Below, piece by piece: positions 25,064 through 54,000 of a stretch of 64,000 nucleotides of DNA. The first letter of the stretch is position 1; the number at the start of each line of letters is the position of its first letter. Under the pieces are notes generated by a model. It saw only the letters and a program-made list of their open reading frames with translations. It made no database searches and was not told the origin of the DNA. The position numbers were made by a program, and so were the translations under genes. This stretch comes from an uncultured Acidobacteriota bacterium. Lineage in GTDB: Bacteria; Acidobacteriota; Thermoanaerobaculia; Multivoradales; UBA5704. Location: assembly GCA_963770895.1 (NCBI GenBank), contig CAVYRF010000002.1, positions 5,568,001 through 5,632,000 of the forward strand. The letters are read 5' to 3'.

Positions 25064-27625
25064 CTATTCGGTGCGCAGCGCCACCATCGGGTCGACCGAG
25101 GCGGCGCGGCGGGCGGGCAGGAAGGCTGCGAAGAGGCCGCATCCGAGCAGGGTCAGCGAGGCGATGGTGAGAATCGCCGGATCGAACGAGCGCACGCCGA
25201 ACAGCTGGCTGGCCAGGGCGTGGCCGGCGGCCAGGGCGGCCGGCACGCCGATCGCCAGACCGAAGGCGATCGGCACCATGGCGCCGCGCAGAACCAGCAG
25301 GATGACGCCGCCGCGGTCCGCTCCCAGGGCGATGCGCAAGCCCATCTCGCGCGTGCGGCGCACCACGGTGTAGGAGGCGACGCCGTACAGGCCGGTGCAG
25401 GCGAGCACCAGCGCCAGCACGCTGTAGAGCATGGTCAGCCGCGCGATCAGGCGCTCGTTGTTGAAGTAGCTGCTGACTTCTTCGTCGAGGCTGCGCATCT
25501 GGATGACCGTCGAGCCGGGGTCGAGGTCGGACAGGATGCGCCGCACCGTGGCCTGCAGGTTGCGCGGCTGGCCGGCGAGGCGCAGCTGCAGGCTGTGCAC
25601 GTCGTTGGAGCGTCGCTGGGTGCTGCTCTCGAACGAGTCGGGGTAGGTGACGTCCTGCAGCAGCGGCAGGAAGAGGGTGGGGAAGGCGGGGCCGCGGGCG
25701 TCGACGTACTTGGCGTCTTCGACCACGCCGACGATCTCGTAGTCGAGGCCGTGGCCGGGGCTGCCGAAGCCGAGGTGCCTGCCGAGCGGGTCCTGGTGCG
25801 GGAAGTAGCGGTTGACGAAGGTCTGGTTGACCACCGCCACGCGGCGCGCCGTGGGCGTGTCCTGCTCGCCCAGGGCGCGGCCGCGCAGGATGCGCGAACC
25901 GACGGTCTCGAAGAAGTGCGGGCTCACCCGGTCGAGCGACGGCGAGCGCAGCTCCCCCACGGGCTGCCCGTCGACGCTGGTGGGGATGGCCCAGTTGAGG
26001 TGCTCCATCGGGCCGTACAGCGACAGGCTGGCGCTGGCCACGCCGGGGATCTGCGCCAGCCGGCGCATCAGCTCGGGATAGAAGGCGGCCAGCTGGCTGG
26101 GGGTGGCGCCGGCCATCGCCAGGTCCACCTGTGCCATCACCCGTCCCTGGGTCTGGAAGCCGAACCGCTGCTCCTCCAGGCGCCGCAGGCTCTCGCTGAG
26201 CAGCCCGGCGCCGGCGAGCAGCACCAGCGACAGGGCGGCCTGGACGATGACCAGCACGCGCTGCGGCCGCGCCTCCCGCCCGCGGGTGCCGCGCCCGGCG
26301 CCGCGCAGCGGCTCCGCCGGGTGGGTGCGCGAGGCGATGAGCGCCGGCGCGACGCTGAACAGCACGCCGGTGACCAGGCAGAGGAGGGCGGTGAACGCCA
26401 ACGCCGGCGCCGACGGATTGGGGTCGATCGGCACGAAGCTGGCGTCGCGGAAGGCCAGCGCCAGGATGGCCCGCGCGCCGCCGAAGGCGAGCGCCAGTCC
26501 GGCGATGCCGCCGAACGCCGCCAGCAGCACGCCTTCGGTGACGGTCTGCCGGATCAGGCGCCCGCGCGCCGCGCCCAGCGCCATGCGCACGGCGATCTGC
26601 AGGCGGCCGGCGGTGCCGCGCGCCAGCAGCAGGTTGGCGATGTTGGCGCAGGCGATGACCAGCAGCAGGCCCGAGATCACCATCAGCAGGCGCAGCCCGT
26701 TCTGATAGTCCGCGAGCCCGCTCTTCAGGCCGCCGCCGGCGGGGAGGATCGTCAGGTGCATCTTGGCGAGCCGGGTGCGGTCGCGATCGCTGAGCCACGG
26801 CTGCGCCGTCAGGTAGTGGCGCACCTCCGCGTTCACCCGCGCCTCGAGCGCCGCGGCATGCGCGCCGTGGCGCAGGCGGCCGACGGCGTAGAGCCAGAAC
26901 GTGTCGTCGCGCGCCCAGAGCGGCGCTCCCGGATGCAGCAGCGGCTCCGCCGCCAGCGGCAGCCAGAAGTCGGGCGGGTCGGAGCGCACCGTCTCGCCGA
27001 AAAACCCTGGCGGCGCGATGCCGACGACGGTCACCGGCACGCCGGCGAACACCAGGGTGGTGCCCAGGACCGCCGGGTCGAGGGCGTAGAGGTCGTGCCA
27101 GGTGTGGTAGCTCATCACCGCCGCCGGGGCGGCGCCCGGACGGTCGTCGGCGGCGGTGAGCGCGCGCCCGGCAAGGGCGCCGACGCCGAGCAGGTGAAAG
27201 TAGTTGTCCGACACCAGCTCGACACGCCTGGGGTCGGCGGCGGCGGCCGAGCCGGCGCGCCGCACGCTCACCGTTTCGACGGTGGCCTGGAAGGCCGCAA
27301 GGTCGGCCAGCTCCGGCGTGTTGTCGCGGATCTGCCGGAAGAGCGGCAGGGTGTACTCGGTGAAGTCTTCGAAGACGCCGGACAGCACGCAGCAGGCCAT
27401 GCCGTCGCCCAGGCTGACCAGGCTGCCGGGGTCGGCAACCGGCAGGTTGCGCAGCATGACCGCGTTGATCAGGGTGAAGATCGCGGTGTTGGCACCGATG
27501 CCGAGCGCCAGGGTCAAGATCGCCGCCACGGTGAAGCCGCGCCCCTGGCGCAGCTGCCTCATGCCATACCGCAGGTCCTGCCCCAGCCCATCGAGCCAGG
27601 CCGCTGCTGGACTCTTCGCGCTCAT
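25064..27625 (-). CDS. ADOP-type duplicated MacB/FtsX ABC permease
   Basis: [47 protein letters not shown] and GVASYTVVRRTREMGLRIALGA motifs; AGGAGG RBS. Confidence 0.9.
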   Translation of the reverse strand: MSAKSPAAAWLDGLGQDLRYGMRQLRQGRGFTVAAILTLALGIGANTAIFTLINAVMLRNLPVADPGSLVSLGDGMACCVLSGVFEDFTEYTLPLFRQIRDNTPELADLAAFQATVETVSVRRAGSAAAADPRRVELVSDNYFHLLGVGALAGRALTAADDRPGAAPAAVMSYHTWHDLYALDPAVLGTTLVFAGVPVTVVGIAPPGFFGETVRSDPPDFWLPLAAEPLLHPGAPLWARDDTFWLYAVGRLRHGAHAAALEARVNAEVRHYLTAQPWLSDRDRTRLAKMHLTILPAGGGLKSGLADYQNGLRLLMVISGLLLVIACANIANLLLARGTAGRLQIAVRMALGAARGRLIRQTVTEGVLLAAFGGIAGLALAFGGARAILALAFRDASFVPIDPNPSAPALAFTALLCLVTGVLFSVAPALIASRTHPAEPLRGAGRGTRGREARPQRVLVIVQAALSLVLLAGAGLLSESLRRLEEQRFGFQTQGRVMAQVDLAMAGATPSQLAAFYPELMRRLAQIPGVASASLSLYGPMEHLNWAIPTSVDGQPVGELRSPSLDRVSPHFFETVGSRILRGRALGEQDTPTARRVAVVNQTFVNRYFPHQDPLGRHLGFGSPGHGLDYEIVGVVEDAKYVDARGPAFPTLFLPLLQDVTYPDSFESSTQRRSNDVHSLQLRLAGQPRNLQATVRRILSDLDPGSTVIQMRSLDEEVSSYFNNERLIARLTMLYSVLALVLACTGLYGVASYTVVRRTREMGLRIALGADRGGVILLVLRGAMVPIAFGLAIGVPAALAAGHALASQLFGVRSFDPAILTIASLTLLGCGLFAAFLPARRAASVDPMVALRTE

Positions 27626-27852
27626 CGCCATCCTCCTGGCGCGCCCCGCGCCGCGCCGCCGCCGCCGCCGCCGCACAGCTGTCTGCCATCACCAGTACCG
27701 GTCGCAGGCAGCGCAGGTTTCAGTACCGCGCCACGGCGGGTCAGTTTACCCGGCCACCGGCGCGAAATACCTCTCTCGCCACACTTAGAGCAGGAGACCG
27801 CCGGGAGGTCCCACGCCGGGCCTGATGCGCGAGCGGTGGCGGGGGACGGCAC

Positions 27853-28872
27853 ATGGGCGGTGGGGACATCCTGGTTCTGACGGGCGACGAAGTGCGGGAT
27901 CTGCTGGCCGGGCGGGAAGGCGACGTGCTGGCGGCGGTGCGCGCCGCCTACCTGGCGCATGCCGCCGGAGCGAGCGCGCTGCCGCATTCGCTGTTCCTGC
28001 GGTTTCCGGGCCGCAGCGCCGAGCGGATCATCGCCTTGCCGGCCTTTCTGGGCGGCGGCTTCGACGTGGCCGGCATCAAGTGGATCTCCTCGTTCCCCGG
28101 CAACCTCGAGCTCGGCCTGCCCCGGGCGTCGGCGATCCTGGTGCTCAACTCGTCGGCGACCGGGCGCCCGGAGGCGATCCTGGAAGGTTCGCTGATCAGT
28201 GCGGCGCGCACCGCGGCGAGCGCCGCGGTGGCGGCGCGCGAGCTGACCGGCGGCGTGGCGCCGGAGAGCGCCGGCCTGATCGGCACCGGCCCGATCAACC
28301 TGGAGGTCGCCCGCTACCTGCGGGCGGCGCTGCCCGGCTTGGGCAGGTTCGTGCTCTACGACCTGGACGCCGCCCGCGCCGCCAAGGCTGCGGCGACGCT
28401 CGCCAGGACCCTGGGCGTCGAGGCGAGCGTCGCCGGCAGCCTGGAGGCGGTGCTGGCCGGTTGCTCGCTGGTGTCGTTCGCCACCACGGCAGGCACGCCG
28501 CACGTCGACGACCTGTCCCGCTGTCCGCCCGGCGCCGCCATCCTGCACGTCTCGCTGCGGGACCTGGCGCCGCAGGCCATCCTGCGCTGCGACAACGTGG
28601 TCGACGACGTGGATCACGTGTGCCGCGCGCAGACCTCGGTGCACCTGGCGGAGATCCAGTCGGGCTCGCGCTCGTTCATCCGCTGCACCCTGGCCGACGT
28701 CCTGTCCGGTGCGGCGCCGCCGCGGCGCGACGGCAGCTCCATCGCGGTGTTCAGCCCGTTCGGCCTGGGAGTGCTGGACCTGGCGGTCGGTGGGCAGGTG
28801 CGCGACCAGGCGCTGGCAGCCGGCCGGGGGCGCACGATCCCCTCCTTCCAGCCGACCGCCGATCCGGACTGA
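27853..28872 (+). CDS. sbnB: SbnB-type ornithine cyclodeaminase family enzyme (L-Dap biosynthesis)
   Basis: LPHSLFLRFP..ERIIALPA..GIKWISSFPGN..RASA, ISAARTAASAA, LHVSLRDL and VFSPFGLGVLDLA motifs; adjacent to sbnA. Confidence 0.9.
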   Translation: MGGGDILVLTGDEVRDLLAGREGDVLAAVRAAYLAHAAGASALPHSLFLRFPGRSAERIIALPAFLGGGFDVAGIKWISSFPGNLELGLPRASAILVLNSSATGRPEAILEGSLISAARTAASAAVAARELTGGVAPESAGLIGTGPINLEVARYLRAALPGLGRFVLYDLDAARAAKAAATLARTLGVEASVAGSLEAVLAGCSLVSFATTAGTPHVDDLSRCPPGAAILHVSLRDLAPQAILRCDNVVDDVDHVCRAQTSVHLAEIQSGSRSFIRCTLADVLSGAAPPRRDGSSIAVFSPFGLGVLDLAVGGQVRDQALAAGRGRTIPSFQPTADPD

Positions 28873-29067
28873 GAGCGGGCGGGCAGCAGCGTTGCCGCCA
28901 GACGAGCGTCCAATTTTGTTGGTAGTATTTAGATACTCGAACAAACGGAAAGCGCACATGCGCTATCGTGTCTCTATCGTTGCACAATTGCGCACTTCTA
29001 TGGGCGAAGGCATGTTGTACCCGCCGGGGCCCGCAGGCCCATGGCCTACCGGGTCGAGGAAGATGCC

Positions 29068-30168
29068 ATGAGTCGACAGAAGGGCGCCGCGGGCGTCCAA
29101 CATACGGGAGTGTTGTCAGCCATCGGCGGCACTCCGCTGGTGCGGCTCGATCGGCTCTTCCCGGATGCAGGCTTCGACCTGTACGCCAAGCTAGAGGCGC
29201 TCAACCCCGGCGGCAGCTCCAAGGACCGGCCGGCGCTGGCCATTCTGGACGGCGGCCTGCGCTCGGGCGCCATCGACGGCGCGAGCGTCATCGTCGAATC
29301 GAGCTCAGGCAACATGGGCATCGGCCTGGCGCAGACGTGTCGCTATCACGGCTTGCGCTTCATCTGCGTGGTCGACATCAAGGCGTCGCCGCTCAATCTC
29401 AAGATCATGGAGGCGTACGGTGCCGAGCTGGTGCAGGTCACCGAGCCGGACCCGGTGTCGGGCGAGTGGCTGCAGGCGCGCATCAACCGTGTCCAGCAGC
29501 TGGTGCGCGAGATCCCCAATGCCTTCTGGCCCAACCAGTACGCCAACCGCGACAATTCCGCATCGCACTACCGCACGACCATCGAAGAGCTGGTCTGGGC
29601 GTTGGAGGGCAAGCTCGACGTGCTGTTCGTGGCGACCAGCACCTGCGGCACCATCCGCGGCTGCTGCGAATATGTGCGCGAGCACAGGTTGCCGACGCGG
29701 GTGGTCGCGGTGGACGCGGCGGGCAGCCTGATTTTTGGCGGCGTACCCCGCCCGCGCATGATCCCCGGCCTGGGCGCCGGCATCCGGCCGCCGCTCTGCG
29801 ACCCGGCGCTGATCGACCAGGTGGTGCACGTCACCGACGGCGAGTGTGTCGCCGGCTGCCGCCTGCTGGTGGCGCGCGAGGCGATCCTGGCCGGCGGCTC
29901 CTCGGGTGGAGTGGTGGCGGCGGTGGCGCGGCTGCGCGACTCGGTGCCGCCTGGCGCCAACTGCGCGGTGATCCTGCCGGACCGCGGCGAGCGCTATCTG
30001 GACACGGTGTACGACGACGATTGGGTGACGCTGCACGTCGGCGCTCTGGATCAGCTGCCGGATCTGGGCGCCACCGATGCCTCCGCCCCCTCCGACCCTC
30101 CCGGATTGGCGGGTGCGGCGGCGCCGGATCGCGCCGTGGCAATGCCGGTTCGCGCCGGCAGTATCTAG
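29068..30168 (+). CDS. sbnA: SbnA-type PLP-dependent enzyme (L-Dap biosynthesis)
   Basis: YAKLEALNPGGSSKDRPA, ESSSGNMGIG, FICVVD, WPNQYAN, ATSTCGT and RMIPGLGA motifs; GAGGA RBS. Confidence 0.9.
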   Translation: MSRQKGAAGVQHTGVLSAIGGTPLVRLDRLFPDAGFDLYAKLEALNPGGSSKDRPALAILDGGLRSGAIDGASVIVESSSGNMGIGLAQTCRYHGLRFICVVDIKASPLNLKIMEAYGAELVQVTEPDPVSGEWLQARINRVQQLVREIPNAFWPNQYANRDNSASHYRTTIEELVWALEGKLDVLFVATSTCGTIRGCCEYVREHRLPTRVVAVDAAGSLIFGGVPRPRMIPGLGAGIRPPLCDPALIDQVVHVTDGECVAGCRLLVAREAILAGGSSGGVVAAVARLRDSVPPGANCAVILPDRGERYLDTVYDDDWVTLHVGALDQLPDLGATDASAPSDPPGLAGAAAPDRAVAMPVRAGSI

Positions 30169-30450
30169 ACGGCCGGCTGCTCGGCTCCGGCCTGGCTGCA
30201 GACGGCGCGCGCGCCGCCCTGGTTCATCTCCGTTCCAGACATTTCATTTCAGTTAGGTCACCTGCCCTGGGTATGACGGGCTGGCGCCGCTGAAGCGGCG
30301 GCGGCAGGTACGCCGCCGGGTCGATCGGCCGTCACGGCCAAATCGCGGGCGGGCGCGACGTCGGGCAGGCTGCAGACCCGTGCCGGTGGTCTCCGGTTAC
30401 GCATCGCCGTAACGTCACCGTGCTGCCACAGGGTGTCCCGCCTTGGGATA

Positions 30451-30495
30451 TGTGTGACACTACACAATCAGAGCGACTTTGATACGAAAATATCA
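30451..30495. promoter_or_regulatory. Two palindromic candidate regulator sites upstream of the PKS-NRPS operon
   Basis: TGTGT-N6-ACACA (30451-30466, CRP-like geometry) and TGATA-N6-TATCA (30480-30495) inside an AT-rich island. Confidence 0.4.
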
Positions 30496-30600
30496 CCAGA
30501 TGGAATCATAAATGTCATTCGATTCCACAGGAAGTTGGTACACCTTTAACCAATTGCCTGAAATTGTGGCGCAAAATGCGCCGGGTACTGGCGGCCTGGG

Positions 30601-48018
<17,418 letters not shown>

Positions 48019-48022
<4 letters not shown>

Positions 48023-51000
48023 CCGTCGCGGCGCCGCGGCAGCGGGCGCCCGACCGCGACGACGACCTGCGGCCGGTCTGGGAGCTGGCGGAGCGGGTCG
48101 TCGGCGACTGGCAGCTGGAGCGGCCGGTGGTCAAGCTCCTGGAGCACAAGAAAAACGTCACCTTCAAGGTCGAGGAGACGGCCGGCGCGCGAAACCGCTA
48201 CGTCCTGCGCGTCTGCGACCCCGACGGCTACGGCGAGGCGGAGATCCGCTCCGAGCTGCGCTACCTGCTGGCCCTGCACCAGGCGACCGGCCTGGTGGTG
48301 CCCGAGCCGGTGCGCACGCGCGACGGAGCGCTGCTCGGGCGCGGCGAGCACGCCGGTCTGGCGCGGCCGCGCTGGTGCGCGCTCTTCCGCTGGGTGCCGG
48401 GGCGGATGGTCGAAGACACGCCGGCGCCGGCGCTGCTCGAACGGGTGGGGGAGATCTCGGCGCGGCTGCACGCCTTCTCCGGCGAATGGCTGCCGCCGGC
48501 CGATTTCCGCCGGCCGCGCTGGGACGCGGCGGGCCTTTTCGGCAGCGGCGATGCTGGCGGCGGCGCGGTGCTACCCGCCGGCCAGGGGGCGCCGCTGGTG
48601 GGCGATCGCGCGCGCGAGCTGGTGGAAGAGGGCGCCGCGGTGGTGCGGGCGGCGATGCGCGACCTGGGCGAAGGGCGGGACGTCTTCGGCCTGATCCATA
48701 AGGACCTGGAGCCCGACAACACGCTGGTCGACGGCGACCGCGTGCACGCCATCGACTTTGCCGACCTGGGCTGGGGGCACTTTCTGTACGACATCGCGGC
48801 GTCGCTTCTGCCGCTGCGCGAAAAGGCCGGCTTTGCCGCCATGCGCCAGGCGTTCCTGCGCGGCTACCGGCGCGTGCGCCCGCTCGCCGCCGAGCACGAA
48901 GCGCTTTTGGAAACCTTTCTGATCGCGCGCGGCATCTTTTCGCTGCGCCTGATGACCGGCCGGCTGTGGGACCTGCCGCAGATCCGCCTCTACGCCGAGA
49001 CGGCCGTGCCGCAGATCCTGGGCGGCATCCGCGTGTTCCTGGCGCGGCGCCGCGCCGAGGCGGCGGGGCGGCCGGCGACGGCGGCGGGCAGCACGCAGAC
49101 CACGGTGCAGTACCTTGCCGTGCTGCGCAGCCGCGGCGTCAAGCTGTGGGTCGAAGGCGACAGGCTGCGCTACAGCGCACCGCGTCAGGTGGCGACCGCC
49201 GAGCTGCTGGCCGAGCTCAAGGAACGCAAGCAGGAGCTGCTGGGCTTTCTGGCGCAAGGCCAGGCGGCCCGCCGCCTGGGGGCGCCGGTAGCGCTGGCGG
49301 CGGCGGGGCTGGAGCGCCCGCCGCTGTCGTTCGCCCAGCAGCGGCTCTGGTTCATCCACCAGCTGCTGCCGGCGAGCACGGAATACAACATCGCGCGCGC
49401 CGTGCGCCTGCGCGGCGCGGTGCGCGTCGGCGTGCTGGCGGCGAGCCTGCGGGAGATCGTGCGCCGCCACGCGGTGCTGCGCACCACCTTCGCCCTCCAC
49501 GATGGGCAGCCGGTGCAGGTGATCGCTGCCGCCGGGCGCGTGCCGCTGCCGCTGGTCGATCTGGGCGCCCTGCCGCTTGAGCGGCGCGAGCCCGCGGCGT
49601 GGGGGCTGGCGTTGGCCGACGCGGCGCGCCCCTTCGACCTGGCGCGCGGGCCGCTGCTGCGCGTCTGCCTGCTGCGCCTGTCGGCGACGGATTTCATCGC
49701 GCCCAGCACGATGCATCACGTGATCGGCGACGGCTGGTCGAGCGCCGTGCTGTTTCGCGAGCTGGGGGCGGTGTACGCGGCGGTGGCGCGCGGCGCGCCG
49801 TCGCCGCTGCCGGAGCTGCCGCTGCAGTACGCGGACTTCGCGGTGTGGCAGCGGCAGTGGCTGGCCGGCGACGTGCTTGCCGAACAGCTCGATTTCTGGC
49901 GGGGGCAGCTGGCAGGCGCGCCGCCGGTGCTCGCCCTGCCGGCGGACCGGCCGCACCCGCCGGTCGCCGCGGCCGCCGGCGCGCCCGGCGATCGCCGGGC
50001 GCTGCTCATCCCGCAGCCGCTGGCCGCGGCGCTCAAGACGTTCAGCCAGGCGCAGGGCGCGACGCTGTTCATGATCCTGCTGGCGGGATTCAAGACCCTG
50101 CTGTGCCGGATCTGCGGCCAGGACGACGTGGTGGTCGGCTCGCCGATCGCCAACCGCAATCGCACCGAGATCGAAGGGTTGATCGGTTTTTTTGCCAACA
50201 CCCTGGTGCTGCGCACCGTTTTTACAGGCGATCCCACCTTCCGTGAAGTGCTGGGCAGCGTGCGCCAGACGACGCTGGGTGCCTATGCCCACCAGGATCT
50301 GCCGTTCGAAAAGATCGTCGAAGAGCTGCGCCCCGAGCGCGACCTGACGCAGACGCCGCTGTTCCAGGTGATCTTCACCTTCCAGAACGTCCCGTATCCC
50401 GACATGGACGTGGCGGATTTCCACATGACGCTGATGCCGCCCACCGGCCGCGCCGCGATGTTCGATCTCACCTGCAACATGAAGGAGATGCCCGAGGGGG
50501 TGCGGACCTCCTTCATGTACCGGCAGGACCGTTTCGACGGCGCCACCGTCGAGCGCTTCGCCGGCTGGTATCTGCGGCTGCTCGAAACCGTCGCGGCCGA
50601 CCCCCACCAGCGCATCCGCGAGCTGCCCCTGCTGTCGGCGGCGGAGACCCACCAGCTGCTGCGGGAGTGGAACGACACCGCGGCCGAGCGCGGCGGGGCG
50701 GCAGATTGCTACGCGTGGATCGCGGCGCAGGCCGCCCGCACCCCCGACGCCGTGGCCGTGGCGGCGGAGCGCCGGCAGGTGACCTACGGCGAGCTGCTGG
50801 CGCAGGCCGAGCGCCTGGCGGCGCGCCTGCGCCGGCTGGGCGTCGGACCCGAGGTCCGGGTCGGCATCGTGGCCGAGCGCTCCGCCGCCATGGTGATCGG
50901 CATCGTCGGCGTCCTGGCGGCGGGAGGCGCCTACGTGCCGCTCGATCCCGATCAGCCGCGGCAGCGCCTGGCCTTCATGCTGGCCGACGCCGCGGCGCCG

Positions 51001-54000
51001 GTGCTGCTGATCGAGGAGCGGCTGCACGGCGTGCTGGCGCCGCCGGCGGGCATGGCGGTGGTAGAGCTGCAGGACGAAGGGGCGGACGCGCCGGCGGCCG
51101 GGTCCGCGCCGGCAGTTGGGGAGGCGGCGGCGGGGACGGCGGGGACGAAGGGGGCGGTCGACGCGGCGGGCGCCGCCTACGTGATCTATACCTCGGGCTC
51201 GACCGGCCGGCCGAAAGGGGCGGTCAATTCCGCCGGCGCCCTGGCCAACCGCATCCAATGGATGCAGGATCAGTACGGCCTCACCGCCGCCGACGCGGTG
51301 CTGCAGAAGACGCCGTTCGGCTTCGACGTCTCGGTGTGGGAATTCCTCTGGCCGCTCGCCACCGGCGCCCGCCTGGTGATGGCGCGGCCCGGCGGCCACC
51401 TGGACCCCGCCTACCTGCGCCGGCTGATCGTCGAGGAAGGGATCACCACCCTGCACTTCGTGCCGTCGATGCTGCAGGTCTTCCTGGCCCAGGACGGCCT
51501 CCTGGAGTGCCGCTCGCTGCGGCGGGTGATGGCGAGCGGCGAGGCCCTGCCCGCGGACCTGGCGTTGCGCTGCACCCGCTGGCTGCAACAGCTGGCAGCC
51601 GGCGAGCCCGCCGCGGCGCTGCACAACCTGTATGGCCCGACCGAGGCGGCGATCGACGTCACCAGCTGGCGGTGCGACGCCGACGCGGTGAGCGAGCCGG
51701 TGCCCATCGGCCGGCCGATCGCCAACCTGCGCCTGCGCGTGCTGGATCGCGAGCTGCGCCCGGTGGGCGTGGGCGTGGCGGGCGAGCTCTGCATCGGCGG
51801 CCAGGGCGTGGCGCGCGGCTATTGGGGCCGTCCCGAGCTGACGGCCGAGCGCTTCGTCCCCGATCCGCTGGCCGAAGACGCCCCCGGCGAGCGCCTGTAC
51901 CGCACCGGCGACCTCGCCCGCTGGCGCCACGGCGGCCAGGTCGAATACCTGGGGCGCATCGACTTCCAGGTCAAGGTGCGCGGCGTGCGCATCGAGCCGG
52001 GCGAGATCGAAGCCGCGCTCGCCGCGCACCCCGCCGTGCGGCAGGCGGCGGTGCTCGCCCGTCCGGCGGCAAGGGACGCGCCGCCGGGGCCGGCGTCTCC
52101 GGGGGCCGGTGAGGGGGCAGCCGCCGGTCCGCGGCTGGTTGCATACCTTGTGACCGGCGAGCCGGCGCCGGGTGCGGCGGAGCTGCGAGCGTTTCTGCGC
52201 CGCACGCTCCCCGAAGCCATGGTGCCGCAGGCGTTCGTCGCGCTGGCGGTCCTGCCGGTGGGGCCGAACGGCAAGCTGGACCGCAAGGCGCTGGCCGCGC
52301 TGCCGCTGGGTGAGGTGGACGGCGCGGTGGCGGCTCGAGGGCCGCGAAGCGCCGTGGAAGAGATTGTCGCCGATCTCTTCCGCGAGGTGCTGGGCCGCGA
52401 CCAGGTGGGCGTCGACGCCGGTTTCTTTGAAATGGGCGGCCACTCCCTCCTGGCGGTCCGCCTGGTGGCGCAGGTGCGCCGGGTCTTCGCCGTCGAGCTG
52501 CCGGTGCGAGCCGTGTTCGACGCGCCCACCGTCGCCACCCTGGCGGCGCGGATCGAGGCGGCGCTGCGCCAGGGCGCCCCGCCGTTGCCGCCGCTCGTGC
52601 CGCGCCGCCTGGCGGCGGCAGGCGCATCGCGGCCGCCGCAGCCTGCCGATACGTCGTGGCCATCGCAGCCCGCCGACTTGTCACTGCCGCGTCCGCCCAC
52701 CACGGCGCCGCTCTCGTTCGCCCAGGAGCGCCTGTGGTTCCTCGACCAGCTGGAGCCCGGCACCGCCCTGTACAACATGCCGGCGGCGCTGCGCCTGCGC
52801 GGCCCATGGCAGCCGGCGATTCTGCGTCGGGCGTTCGCGGAAGTGGTGCGCCGCCACGAGACCCTGCGCACCCGCTTCGTGCCTGGACCCCCTCCGGCGG
52901 CGGAGCTGATCGCGGGCGGCGTGATGCCGCTGCCGTGGATCGACCTGTCCGGCGTTCCGGCGGCATCCGCGACAGCCCGCGCCTGGCGCGAGCTGGAACG
53001 GCTGGCCGGTGAGGAGGCGCGGCAGCCGTTCGACCTGGCGCGCGGGCCGCGAGATCCGGCGAGTGCCGGCGGGCCACCGCGGCCGGCCGGCCTGTTGCGG
53101 GTACGGCTGGTGCGGCTGGCAGCCGACGACCAGGCGCTGCTTGTCACGGTGCATCACACTGTCGCGGACGGCCTGTCGCTGGGCGTGCTGGTGCGCGAAC
53201 TGGCTGCTCTGTACCAGGCCTTCGCGGCGGGGGCTCCGTCGCCGCTGCCCGAGCTGCCGATTCAGTACGGCGACTACGCGGCGTGGCAGCGGTCGTGGCT
53301 GGCCGGCGAAAGGCTGGAACGCGAGGTGGAGCAGTGGCGGGAGCGGCTGGCGGGAGCCCCGCCGCTGCTGGCGTTGCCGCTCGACCGGCAGCGGCCGGCG
53401 GTCGCCAGCCACAGGGGAGGGAGCGTGCCGGTGCGGCTGCGCCCTGCACTGCGCGCGGCGCTGGCGGCGCTGGCGAGCCGCCACGGCGCCACTGTTTTCA
53501 TGACCCTGCTTGCCGGCTTGCGCACGCTCCTGGCGCGGGCCGCCGGCGAGCGCGACGTCGTGGTCGGCACCGCCGTCGGCGGCCGCTCGCACGTCGAAAC
53601 CGAAGGCTTGATCGGCCTCTTCGTCAACACCCTGGTGTTGCGCACGGATTGCGGCGGCAACCCGGACGTCGCCGGCCTGTTGGCGCGGGAGCGGGAAACG
53701 ACCCTGTGGGCCTACGGCCATGCCGACCTGCCCTTCGAGAAGCTGGTCGAAGCCCTGGCGCCGCGGCGCAGCCTGGCCCATTCGCCGATCTTCCAGGTCA
53801 TGCTGGTCTTCCAACAAGACCCCTTGGGTGCCGGCGCCGTGGCCGTCGAGCCGCTGGGCGCAGGAACCCGGGCCGCCGGGTCGGTGGTCCCCGTTACCCG
53901 AGCCACAGGGTTCCCGACCGCCGAACCCGCGGCGGTTGCGTCGCTGACGGCCGAGGCCATGAGCGTTGGCGCGTCGCAGGGTGGCCTGGAGCACCTGGCG

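Noticed and set aside
23797-25170. 457-aa plus-strand ORF across the G-rich tract
   Set aside because: Low-complexity translation, antisense to the enoyl-CoA isomerase.
27853-30168. Staphyloferrin B-type siderophore cluster
   Set aside because: No NIS synthetases, TonB receptor or clear Fur box are visible. Dap is better explained as the substrate of the adjacent NRPS.
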